Shown in pieces: positions 24,854 to 38,000 of a DNA stretch of 64,000 nucleotides. Where the stretch lies: contig OX597832.1 in NCBI GenBank assembly GCA_951406725.2, forward strand, positions 55,304,001-55,368,000, written 5' to 3'. The notes beneath the pieces are model-generated. The model saw nothing but the letters and a program-made list of their open reading frames with translations. It was not told where the DNA came from and made no database searches. Origin of the DNA: Octopus vulgaris (taxonomy: Eukaryota). The first letter of the stretch is position 1; every line of letters starts with the position of its first letter. The translations under genes and the position numbers were made by a program.

Positions 24854-26334
24854 GTAATTATTCTTTTATTCTTCTACTGCTACGTTACCCGTGTGATAAG
24901 GAACCACAAAGAAGGAACCTCCCGTAGGTGGAGACTAGCTCAGTCGTCGCCTGTCCAACTCAGGCGAAGTGTACATACAGACTAAGGGGCGAAACGCTTG
25001 TAACTCTGAAATACCGGCTGAGGATACGGAAGAGTTTCCAGCATTGCAATGGATTTTAGAAGGGCTTGCATGACCTCTGAGGTCATGCAGTTTCTGCAAG
25101 GAGCAAAGCATCTCTGTTTATTTCACCTTTTATTCTTCAACAGTATTCCTTTTCTTTCTTTCTCCCTTTCTTTCTTTCTTTCTTTTTCTTTCTTTCGTTC
25201 TTTCTCTCTTTCTTTCTTTCTCTCTTTCTTTCTTTCTCTCTTTCTTTCTTTCTTCTCCCTCTTGTCGTCGTGAAGCAGTTGCAAAACAGCTTAGTGAAGA
25301 CATCACTCCTTGTTGCTAAGCGGCCTCTATCTGGAAATACTTTAATGCTCTTAAGATTTTTCCGTAACGGATCAAACCTATGTCCGCATTAACTACTACT
25401 ACTGCTGCTGCTGCTGAATTATATATGCAATGAGAGAATGATATCGCAAAAAGCTGTTGTCTTTCAGAACACATTAGTTCTGATTAACCAGATTCCATGA
25501 AAACAGTTATTCAAATCCGTGATCCGGTTTCACTTTTTTTTTTTTCCAAATATAACGTATCTAGGACTACATTATAAAATATGGTTTAATTGAGAGTTGT
25601 GATATTTGACTGCTATTTCTAGTAGGTCGAGTGACCACGTAGGACAATCAAGGGCCAACTGCTGGTTAAATCAGTTGACTCGTCTACTACGACCCTACAA
25701 AATTTCACCTAGATCTGAATGTAAGAAATAATTGCTTGCTGGCAGTTAGATCCAGGCGTGACAGCGTGGTTTAGAAGCTTGCTTCTCAAACACACGGTCT
25801 CGAGTTACGTTTACGTATAGGAAGGGTACCCAGCCGTAAAAGACCCTGCCAAAAACAGGCACAGAAAGAAGTCTGGTGCAGATCGCTGTCTGGCCAGCGC
25901 CTGTCGAACCGTCCAACCCATGCCAGCATGGAAGGCGGACGTTAAACGATGATAATGATGTATTTACATGTAAAGGCACTTGGCTTAGTGGTTAAGGGTA
26001 TCCGGCTCACGATCGTAATGTCGTGAGTTCGATACACAGCGGCGTATTGTGTTCTTGAGTAAGACCCTTTATTTCCAGTTGCTCCGGTTCACAGCCCTGG
26101 CAAAAATGAGGAGTACCTGTAGTTCAAAAGGGCCAACCTTATTACATACCCTCAGTGTGTCATGCTGAATCTCCCTTAAGCGTTAAGAGTACGCTTGTCT
26201 TAGGAGTACTCAGCCACTTGCACGTTAATTTCGCAAGCAGGCTGTTTCGTTGATCGGATCAACTTGAACGCTCGTCGTCGTGACCGACGGAGTACCAGTT
26301 GAGTTATATGTATCATATATATATGTATCATATA

Positions 26335-26623
26335 TCACGTGACCGACCAGACCATCAGATGTTGTTACACATCGCTGGTCACAATGCGTTCGCATTGTTT
26401 TAGCCTTCGAATGACGCCACCCCGCTGGCTAAGCGAGCAGGCCAACAGAAGAAAGAGTGGTGAAAGAGTACAGTAGGGATCACCCCACCCCCCTGCCGGA
26501 GCGTCGTGGAGCTTTTTAGGTGTTTTCGCTCAATAAACACTCACAACGCCCGGCCTGGGAATCGAAACCGCGATCCTACGACCGCGAGTCCGCTGCCCTA
26601 ACCACTGGGCCAATTGCGCCTCC
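26335..26623 (-). mobile_element. SINE family B, third tail type (..ggtcggtcacgtgatat)
   Basis: tRNA-like head at about 26550-26623. Flanked by atgtatcatat on both sides. The same tail occurs at 1160-1268(-) and 24065-24185(+). Confidence 0.8.
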
Positions 26624-27053
26624 ACATGTATCATATATGTAACAATTAAATTCTGTATTACGCATTTCATTGTTTTGTTAAGCGCGTGATTCCCTGAGTC
26701 CGTGGATAAATTGTCTTGCATGAATCCGGTCTGTAATGCTAAAAATGGTGTCTGGCATTTAAACCGGCGCTGTACTCTTTCTGCCGCTTCGTTGCATTCA
26801 CGCCACATAACATTAAGCCAGTTAAGGGGTGGGGAAGCGATTTTATTTCACACTAGGCGTTCCTGCATAAAAATAACTATTAAAATATTTTTTCACTAAA
26901 CAGACGATATTTTTTTTGCCTCCATTTTTTTTTTCTCTTTACGGAGAAACGCGTTTTTTTTTTCTATTGAACGTAAGGCAAAGAGCAAGCAATGAGTTTC
27001 AGAGAAAAATAGCTGTGAAAAAGAGCTGTCTGTCAGGGTGTGAATGCGTGTGT

Positions 27054-27085
<32 letters not shown>

Positions 27086-27666
27086 TCGGTTGTGTCTAGA
27101 TTTATGTGTTAGTTTCCGGTTGTAGGATTTTTTTTATTTTTTGCTTTCTTTTCTTGCATTTTATTTATTTATTTATTTTTTTCGTTAGTGAGAGGGTAAA
27201 GACTGACTGTTGTTTGACTTATATACAAATGGAGAATGCAAATTTGAACGGGAGGAAAATGGTAGTAAATTGAGGCTACGAGACACATTTGACGCCAACC
27301 GTGTTTAGTCTGTCATGTGTTGAGAGAGAGAGAGAGAGAGAGAAAGATGAGAAAGATGAGTGTAAAGATGGCTGAACAGCCACAGATGTACTCATGCAGG
27401 GTATTGAAGGCATGTCTTAGTGAAGTGTTCATGAAGTGTGTATAAATATACATGTACACACGCACGTTAACATACGCAATAGACACACGATATATAAATA
27501 TGGGCGCAAGAGTGGCTTTGTGGTAAGAAGCTTGTTTCTCAACCACATCGTTCCGGATTCAGTTCCACTGCGTGGCACCTTGGGCAAGTGTCTCCTACTA
27601 TAGCTTTGGGTAGACCAAAGCCTTGTGCGTGGATTTGGAAATTGAAAGAAGCCCGTCGTGTGTGTG

Positions 27667-27702
<36 letters not shown>

Positions 27703-28349
27703 GTGTGTGTGTGTTTGCGTGTCTGTGTTTGTTTCCCCAACATCGCTTGACAACCGATGCTGGTGTATTTACGTCCCCCGTAACTTAGCGGTTCCGCAAA
27801 ATAGACCGATAGAATAAGTACTAGTCTTACAAAGAATAAGTCCTGGGGTCGATTTGCTCGACTAAAGGTGGTGCTCCAGCATGGCCACAGTCAAATGACT
27901 GAAACAAGTAAAGAGTACATGAATACTTAAAAAGAATAAGTACCGTAGCCCAATTACTGAAACGAGTAACAGAGCCCAACAAAACTAAAACACCGATCCC
28001 CACGGAACCTTAAGTTTTGTTGACCCTTTCTCTGACTCAGTTCTCAGTTCTTTCGATCCGGTCCTCCAGCTTTTATTCTTTTTAAACCTTGTATTTTTAT
28101 TCGGTTGGGATTTTTTGTTTATACGGAACAGCTGTGTGTTACAGGGACGTAAACAAACCAAGCGGTGTGTGGGTGGGAACAAACAAACACACACACACGT
28201 GTCCAAGGACCGTGTTCCTACAAACAGGATTAAGAGTTCCTGAAAGCATGCGATAAAAATTGGGTGCGACAAGTGGCAAACTTCAAAAACAAATCCTGTA
28301 CAAACAAGCAACCGGGAGTTGATTCTCGTCTTGTCTTCGAGAGTTTATT

Positions 28350-28547
28350 ACTCTTTTACTCTCTTATACTTGTTTCAGTCATTTGACTGCGGCCATGCTG
28401 GAGCACTGTCTTTAATCGATCAAATCGACCCCGGAACTTATTCTTTGTAAGCCCAGTACTTATTCTATCGGTCTCTTTTGCCGAACCGCTAAGTGGTGGG
28501 GACGTAAACACACCAGCATCGGTTGTCAAGCAATGCTAGGGGGACAA

Positions 28548-28604
<57 letters not shown>

Positions 28605-28765
28605 TACGACAGGCTTCTTTCAGTTTCCGTCTACCAAATCCACTCACAAGGCATTGGTCGGCCCGGGACTATAGCAGAAGACACTTGCCCAAGATGCCAC
28701 ACAGTGGGACCGAACCCGAAACCATGTGGTTGGTTAGCAAGCTACTTACCACACAGTCACTCCTA
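28350..28765 (-). mobile_element. SINE family A copy (minus orientation)
   Basis: Reverse complement of the family A consensus, with an expanded internal (CA)n(TA)n. Confidence 0.85.
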
Positions 28766-29497
28766 TCGAAATTACTATCCGTTAAGACGGAACACTAATT
28801 TGCAGGGTTGTTAGGGCGTTGGATGCACTACCTTCTAGTAATTTCTTCTGGTTCCTTACGTTCTACGTTCAAATAACTCCGACGTCAGCCACGTATTTTA
28901 CCGTAAATAGGTCGATAAGAGAAAATATCATTTAGGTTGGGTTGTTGGTGCAATGGTTAAAGCTTCGAACAAAATGTTTTGTGGTATTTGTTCTCGCTTT
29001 TTACTTTTAGAGTCCCCAGATGGGTGTGGCGAACTTGTCTACATCGATCCGACAAGATGGGGAAGCGGAGACTTAGGTTAAGTTAAGGAAGGCAAATGAA
29101 AACTACCATTCTATTCTCCCTGGGTGATTCCAAAGTGATTTCATTGACAAAGAAATCAACTGGCTCTTTGGCCCGATGGTGAGCAAAAGAAAAGAAAAAA
29201 AACAAAAAAAAAATTACGAAAACTCGACCAAAATTTTCTACAGCATTTTATTACATAGGAAGGTTTAACAGGCGCAAAGGAAGTCTTTGTACCCGGATCT
29301 GAGACTTACTAAATATCTTCAGCAACGAATTACACCACAAATCGCATAATAGCTGGGAGCGGGGTTTATTTTTCAATATGAATTTATATTGAATTCTGAT
29401 TAAGTGTAAGACTATAAATTATTTACAGGAGAACGCATCTAGACAGTTCATTCTCTCTCTCTCCTGGATTATGTACTCAATCAAGAAGCATATCTTA

Positions 29498-29903
29498 TTT
29501 CTTTATTGCCCACAACAGGCTAAACATAGAGGGGACAAACAAGGACAGACAAACGGATTAAGTCGATTACATCGACCCCAATGCGTAACTAGTACTTAAT
29601 TTATCGACCCCGAGAGGATGAAAGGCAAAGTCGACCTCGACGGAATTTGAACTTAGAACGTAACGGCAGGCGAAATACCTATTTCTTTACTACCCACAAG
29701 GGGCTAAACACAGAGAGGACAGACAAACGGATTAAGTCGATTACATCGACCCCAGTGCGTAACTCGTACTTAATTTATCAACCCCGAAAGGATGAAAGGC
29801 AAAGTCGACCTCGACGGAATTTGAACTCAGAACGTAACGGCAGACGAAATACGGCTACGCATTTCGCCCGGCGTGCTAACGTTTCTGTCAGCTCGCCGCC
29901 TTT
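29498..29903 (-). mobile_element. SINE family C head-to-tail dimer within one 18-bp TSD
   Basis: atcaagaagcatatctta at 29480-29497 and 29904-29921; internal junction cgaaatacctatttctttac at 29671-29690. Confidence 0.88.
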
Positions 29904-30694
29904 ATCAAGAAGCATATCTTACCAGGAACTTATGTCTTCTTAGAAAGCAATCGCCACTTAATATTGGTAAATAATATTTATGGTGAGCTGGCAGAATCGT
30001 TAGCACGCTGAACGAAATGCTTCGCGTATTTCACCGTCAGTGCGTTCTGAGTTCAAATTCCACTGAGGACGAGACTTTGCCTTTCATTCTTTTTCGGAGG
30101 CAATAAAATAAATACAAGTTGGACCCTGGGGTTGACGTAATTGACTTATCTCCTCCCCTAAAATTGCGCTGGGTTTATGCCAAAATTTGAAATCAATATC
30201 TAGCACGATCTAATCACCGAGTTACGCACTCTGACGAACAACGTTACTTTTGAGACCCTTAAGAGGAAACCTGTTTTGACACCATGTATTCGCGATCGTA
30301 ACCCTGTCGCACCCAACATTCAATACCGTATCACATCTTTGTTTTCAAATTGTATACAAGTTAACGCACACAAACACACACACACACACACACAAACACA
30401 AACACGCATATACACACGCGCACACATATGCAAACGCACACATATGCAAACACAGACAGTCATACACACACACACGCACCTAACAGGAACCTTTACTGTT
30501 TGACATATTAAGTCCGATCTTTTTTTGTGTCCTTGTTATTTTTTCTCTGAAAAATACCATATTGATATCGTTTTCTTTTTATTTACTTACTTTTTTGTTG
30601 TTGTTTTTTCTCCCATGCTAATTACGAAAAATTACATTCATTTTCTGAGGAAAATTATTAGTAACAACAAATTAAGAACCTTCCAAGATTGAAC

Positions 30695-30726
30695 GTTGCT
30701 ATAGGAACTTTTGTTGCTATGGAAGC
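30695..30726. promoter_or_regulatory. Two adjacent RFX X-box-like motifs in unique intronic sequence
   Basis: GTTGCTATAGGAAC (30695-30708) fits GTHNYYATRRNAAC; GTTGCTATGGAAGC (30713-30726) has one mismatch. Confidence 0.35.
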
Positions 30727-31094
30727 GTATGGAAATTACAATGTCCGATATATCGATAACAGGCTTTCTGACTGGCTCGAATTATCAAAGAATTCAATCT
30801 TAAGAAATTTTGCAAAAGGTTCATAGCTTGTTATTGCTGTTAAATTCTTTAAAGACACCAACAACAAATGACTGCGATGTTTTTGTAATTACCAAGCAAA
30901 ACTACATCCGTGTGAGATGGTTTTTGTTTTGTTTTTTTTATTAATCGGGTTCTGTGAGTCAAACGGTTAAGAAACCCCATAGACACACACATAGATTCCC
31001 ACCCACATACATATATATATACATACGCAAGACACATTCACTCCCTCTTTCTCTCTCATATATACATATATTTTCTAATTCTAATTCTTCGTCC

Positions 31095-31590
31095 CTTTCG
31101 AAGCCTAGCCAGGCTCATGGGCCCATTTTCCCGGTTTCTATGTCAGTCCCTTCCTCCCCAGGCGGACGGGATGCCAGTCCATCGCAGCGTTACTCAAGAA
31201 ACAGGAAGAAAGAGTGAGAGAAAGTTGGGGCGAAAGATTACAATAGGGGTCGCCACCACCCCCTGCCGGAGCCTCGCGGAGCGTTTAGGGTGTTTTCGTT
31301 CAATTAAACACACAACGCCCGGTCTGGGAATCGATGTGTGTCCCCAATCTCCCAGCTGGACGGGACGCCAGTCCTTCGCAGCGTTACTCAAGAAACAGGA
31401 AGAAAGAGTGAGAGAAAGTTGGGGCGAAAGATTACAACAGGGGACGCCACCATTCCCTTTCTTGAGCCTCGTGAAGCTTTTAGGGTGTTTTCGCCCAATA
31501 AACACACACGCAACGCCCGGTCTGGGAACGGAAACCGCGATCCTCCGACCGCGAGTCCGCTGCCCTAACCACTGGGCCATTGCGTCTCCA
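31095..31590 (-). mobile_element. SINE family B, fourth tail type, with internal tandem duplication
   Basis: The block gcagcgttactcaagaaacaggaagaaagagtgagagaaagttggggcg occurs twice. Sister copy at 85-375(-). Confidence 0.8.
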
Positions 31591-31971
31591 CATATATAAC
31601 ATATCCGCTCAGTTTTTAATGCGTATTTAAATTTTAAAATATACACGCGAACCACTCCTTTCGTTACTATCTCGTCTTGCCTGTTGTTTGTATATGCCTT
31701 TCCAACAAAACGCATCCATACACGATATATTGCGCACAAACAAACAACAAATAAACACGTACACACCATAAACAAACCTCCTGATCAATAGGTGCAGTCA
31801 CGTAGATTGGTACAAACAAGAAAAAGTCATTTATTTCCTACGATAAAACAAGTTAAGGTGTTTGTACGTTGGTGATAAAAGCAGACGATTTGTTGGTTAC
31901 TATCAACTTCGTTTTTTCTAGAGCGTCAAGATAATTTTCAACTAGCTTCACTTAAGAGCATATATATACAT

Positions 31972-32029
<58 letters not shown>

Positions 32030-32904
32030 TCGTTCTGACAATATTTATCATCTGACAGCTATCTCTTCCACTCGCCTTTTTCTCTCTCTTTCAATCTAAT
32101 ATTTTTTTTCTTTCCTTTTCGTCTTCTTTTTATTGGTTCCGTTCTCAGTTTCTTCAATTTATTATTTTTTCTCTTTTTTTTTTCAGTAAAGGTAAGGGGG
32201 GAGGTGTTTTTATTTTTTATATTTTTATTTTTTGTTTCTAAGCATTCCCTCCCTCCCTCTCTCTCTCCGCTTCTCCCTTTCTCTTCTAATTATTCTGTTG
32301 TCGTAATTTAAGAAGCAAAACTAACAACATGAGGTAAAGCTAGAGCGACACGTAAAGGCTACCGATGTATTTACGTCAATCTATTACGTCAGCAACTGTC
32401 TTTCTTCTCTCTTGTCTTCGCTTTCCCCCACTCTCTCGCGTTCATTCGTTCGTTTCCTCGCCTCCATTTTCTCATCCCTCTCTCTCTCTCTCACTCTTTC
32501 TCCACCCCTTACCATTTCCTCCTCCTCCTCCTCTCGTCTCTCGTAATTGTGCAAAGAGGTAGCTTAGCATATGGCGTTCCTTGTCTATTCCCGGCACATG
32601 TAAACCAGATTCTACAAAGGCGACCATTTTTTTTCTTCTGCAAAAAAACAAAAAAGAATATGGCCGCTATTAACAACACTTGCTTCATCGTTACGGCACA
32701 CGTACTTTTCACATGTTACAAACTCCAGCATTCTGTGTGCGAGTACATGTATGCGCGCGCGTATCTATCTATCTGTCTGTCATTCTCTATCTTTCTTTCA
32801 CTGTCTCTCTTTTTCTCTTATCTCTTTCTTTCTCTCAGCCAGCCACTTTCTCTCTCTTTCATTCTCTCTCCTTCATTCTCTCTCTCATTCTCTCTCTCTC
32901 TCTC

Positions 32905-33511
<607 letters not shown>

Positions 33512-33938
33512 GTATTAATATCTATGTTCCTGTGTGTATTGCCAAATCATCCATGCGTGTGCGTAAAAATCTACCTGCTTGCAAGCACAAACTATTTATG
33601 CTTCTATGTATGTATGTGTGTATGTGTATATATATATATGTGTGTGTGTGATTTTCGGTGTGCTTGTGCATATTATCTCTGAGGAACAATAGAAAGATAG
33701 AGGAGAACCGATTCGTTTCATGTGTTGATCGATCAGTTTATCAATCAATAAGATCTATCGATATGTCTGTCTGTGTGTCTGCCTCCATTGTTCTTTTCTG
33801 CGTCGGCCAAGCTGTTGCTTACCTGTTCATCGATCTCTCTCCTTTCTTTCACACACTTGTCCCTGTTTACCTTCGGACCCCTTTCTTCACAGCAGTCCTT
33901 TCGCCTCCATATTTTCATCTGCTTTAAATTTGCACAGT

Positions 33939-34005
<67 letters not shown>

Positions 34006-34602
34006 TACATACATACATACACACACATATCTTGTTTCAGCAACATGAACGCGGCCATGATGGGGCACCTCATTCACAAGTTTTAGTCGAAAAATCGGCC
34101 CAGAATTTTATTTTATTTTTCCCTAGTATGCTACTTATTTTATCGGTCCATTTTGCCGCACTGCTAAGTTACGGTTTAGTTTATTTACTTATGTGACAAA
34201 CATGCGCGCACGTACACACATACGACGGTCTTCCGCACAGTTTTCGCCTACCGATTTCACTGAAAAGGCATTGTTTGTGGTCAAGGCTATAGCAGAAGAC
34301 AATTGTCCAAGGTACGGCGCCGTGGGACTGTACAACCCAAACCACAGGGTTGCAAAGCGAGTTTCTTAACCACACAGCTATGCCTGTGTGTGTCTGTGTT
34401 TGTCCCCCCCCCACCATTGCTTGACAACTGATGTTGGTGTGTTTACGTTCCCATAACTTAGCGGTTCGGCAAAAAAGAGACCGATAGAATAAGTACTAGG
34501 CTTACAAGGAATTAGTCCTGGGGTCGATTTGCTCGAGTAAAAAGACGGTGCTCCAGCATGGCCACAGCCAAATGACTCAAATAACAGGATAAAAGAATAT
34601 AC

Positions 34603-34654
<52 letters not shown>

Positions 34655-34963
34655 AAAAGTAAAAAAATACAAACTGGGACAAGAACGTGAAACATTTAGA
34701 AGACGACACAAAAAATACGGACGGGACATTCGAAAACTTCAATCTTCAGTCAAGAACCAGATCATCTTCGCAATTTCGGCTGATTAATCTTGAGATTGCT
34801 CCGACCTGGCCAGCCCCAAAGGAAAATCTAAGCCAAGCGCATTAGATTCCTTGGAAGAAAGCCTCGAATGTATACAAAACATGGACGGAAAACGGACGAT
34901 GTGAAACGAATAAAAATACAAAAATACGTAAAAACAATAATGATAATAATAACAAGAAAAATA

Positions 34964-35029
<66 letters not shown>

Positions 35030-38000
35030 GAGAGGGGGAGAGGAAGATTTCTCTGTTCTCCTTTATACGTCACTCTCCACTTAACAATTCTTTTTCTGAA
35101 CACTTCGCCTCAATATCGCCCACTTAATACTTCATTACGCAACAGACACAGTTTGTAGGTCGCTACCCCACCGACCGATCTTCGCTTTGTTCTCAAATGT
35201 CGGTCACGTTTAGCATCGTCAGGCATATTTAAACTGCTCCTCAAATAATGCCAGCTGCTTGCCCCAGAGTTCACTGTACTCTCAGATACACATATCATCA
35301 GCCAGCATTCGGCTGCTTATTTGCAATGGAACATATAAAACATATAAAACACCTGACTTTCTGCAGTTGTTCTTGTCGTCTAGAAACCGTTTATATCTGA
35401 AGTTAACATGCATACTCGTTGCTAAAGTAAGCGCAGGAGTGGCTGTGTGGTAAGTAGGTTGCTAACCAACCACATGGTTCCGGTTTCAGTCCCACTGCGT
35501 GGCATCTTGGGCAAGTGTCTTCTGCTATAGCCCCGGGCCGACCAATGCCTTGTGAGTAGATTTGGTAGACGGAAACTGAAAGAAGCCCGTCGTATATATG
35601 TATATATATATTTGTATGTGTGTGTTTGTGTGTCTGTGTTTGTCCCCCTAGCATTGCTTGACAACCGTAATCTAGCGGTTTGGCAAAAAGAGACCGATAG
35701 AATAAGTACTAGGCTTACAAAGAATAAGTCCCGGGGTCGATTTGCTCGACTAAAGGCGGTGCTCCAGCATGGCCGCAGTCAAATGACCGAAACAAGTAAA
35801 AGAGTATACGTACAGTACGACCGAATATAGAAATTATATATAAAATCTAGCACCGAAGGCCAGAGCTGTAGGAGATCGCATGATTTGCTAGAAATAGCAA
35901 CCATGTCTCCCTCAAACCAGAACTCTCCGTTTTAAAGTGAGACACATTTGATAATGTATTCCAAGGTAGACTAACTTCGAGAATAAAAGACAATGTATCT
36001 ACATCTATAGCTGGGTCTGTCTTACGTTTCTTATTTCTTTACTGCCCAGAAGGGGCTAAACGCAGAAGGGACAAACAAGGACAGACAAACGGATTAAGTC
36101 GATTAAATCGACCCCAGTGCGTAACTGGTACTTATTTAATCGACTCCGAAAGGGTGAAAGGCAAGGTCGACCTCGGCGGAATTTGAACTCAGAACGTAAC
36201 GGCAGACGAAATACGGCTACGCATTTCGCCCGGCGTGCTAACATTTCTGCCAGCTCGCCGCCTTCTTCGCTAATACATATGTGTGTGTGCGTGTGTGTAG
36301 AAATATGCAAATAATGCGACAAAGCGATAAACCGGGATATTAAATACTACAGCATTTAACCTCTCCAGCTTGAATATCTAATAATATTTCTTCCGGATGA
36401 TTTCAGTCAAACCTAAACATGAGTGTGCATCTCTCCGTTTGTGGGTTGCTATGCTCTTTCCCCTCTTCTCTTCCACCACTTCTGCTCTCTCTCGCTCTCT
36501 TTATTCTCTCTCTCTCTCTCTCTCTCCCCCTCCCTTTTTCTGCTCGTTGAAAATCTGTTTCATATTTGAATCCAATTACAATCTAGTTAAAATTCCTTAT
36601 ACAGTTACTGTTGGTGGGTGGGTGGGTGATGGAGGAGGCCGTGGTGCAGGCGGCGGCGGCGACAATCGTTTATGTCGTTAAAACCACTTTTTGACTTCAT
36701 GATTAATTTGCGCATATGTCTCATTAAAGAAAAGCAAAAAAAAAAAAATAATAATAATTAAAAAAAGACTAGTCCCTTAGGGGCGTACCACCGACGACTT
36801 CCGTTCCGTATCGCGTATCTAGGGCAAATCAGCACTACTGTACTTAACCATCCCTAAGCTATAGAACCCACAAGAAACCATCAACTGTCTAAACACTACA
36901 TGTTTACCACCGTTTCTCTGTTGTTTAGCTGTGCCACCACCTGATGGTACCTATTAACAGCTAAATGAAATGATCTGTTGAAATTTAAGTGTCTTGACGT
37001 CGGGCTATCATAAGATACGAAACGCGAACCCATTGGTGTGTAGTTTCGTATCTTGTTTACTTTGTGATTCGATATTTTGACTGCGGCCATACTGGAGTAC
37101 CGCCTCTCGTCGAACATATCGACTCCAGGACTTATTTTTTGTAAGCCTAATATTTATTTATTCTATCGGTCTTTTTTGCCGAATCGCTAAGTTACGAAGA
37201 CGTAAACACCAACGTCGATTATCAAGCGATTGGGAGACGCGAGCATAGACACAAAGACATGTAAATACGTACATATATATATATATATATATATACGCTG
37301 GGCTTCTTTCAGTTTCCGTCTACCAAATCCACTTACAAGGCTTTGATCGGCTCGAAGTCATAGTAGAAGACACTTGCCCGAGGTGCCACGCAGTGGGACT
37401 GAACTCGGAACCATGTGGATGAGAAGCAAGCGCCTATCCACATGCTTGTTTTTTTTTTGTTCAATATTTGTCTGTTTGTTAGCGAAGTCCCTTATAAAAT
37501 TTTTTTTTAAATCTTGGAATTAAATGGTTTTGATTTACTGTTATATAACTTTTGACCAATATATAAAACAATTTTAAATTAAATAATATTTATATTCATA
37601 AAATTAAGCGAGGGAGGCGTCTAAACATTGTCGCGGATCTCATACGGCCCACGATCTGTATATTTGACATCTCTGTCTCCATTGGTAGGTCAAGACGTTG
37701 GAAGCTGCTCCACTTTGTAGCATTTTACAAATTGGATGGCAGATAGAAAACAAAAATGGAGAAGCTTTGGTCTTGTTTTGTAATCCCAGTATGCGACGTC
37801 CTTTCTTTTCCAAGACAGTAGGGTGTAATTCAAGAGATGTTTAGCTGCTATTCCTAGCAGGTTGCCGACCCGACGGTACACGGCTCCTTCGTTAGTTTCT
37901 CTATGTTTCTGCTGTTTGAAAGTACGTTTATTTTGGTTGTGGCTGAACAGGCGAAAACTCGTGTCACAGATTGAGGTGCATAGACACCACGCTTGTTTTG

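Noticed and set aside
26380-26450. Possible HDV-like ribozyme in the SINE-B tail (ggcctgctcgcttagccagcgggg..ggctaa on the minus strand)
   Set aside because: I could find only simple hairpins and could not assign the nested P1/P2/P3/P1.1 double pseudoknot.
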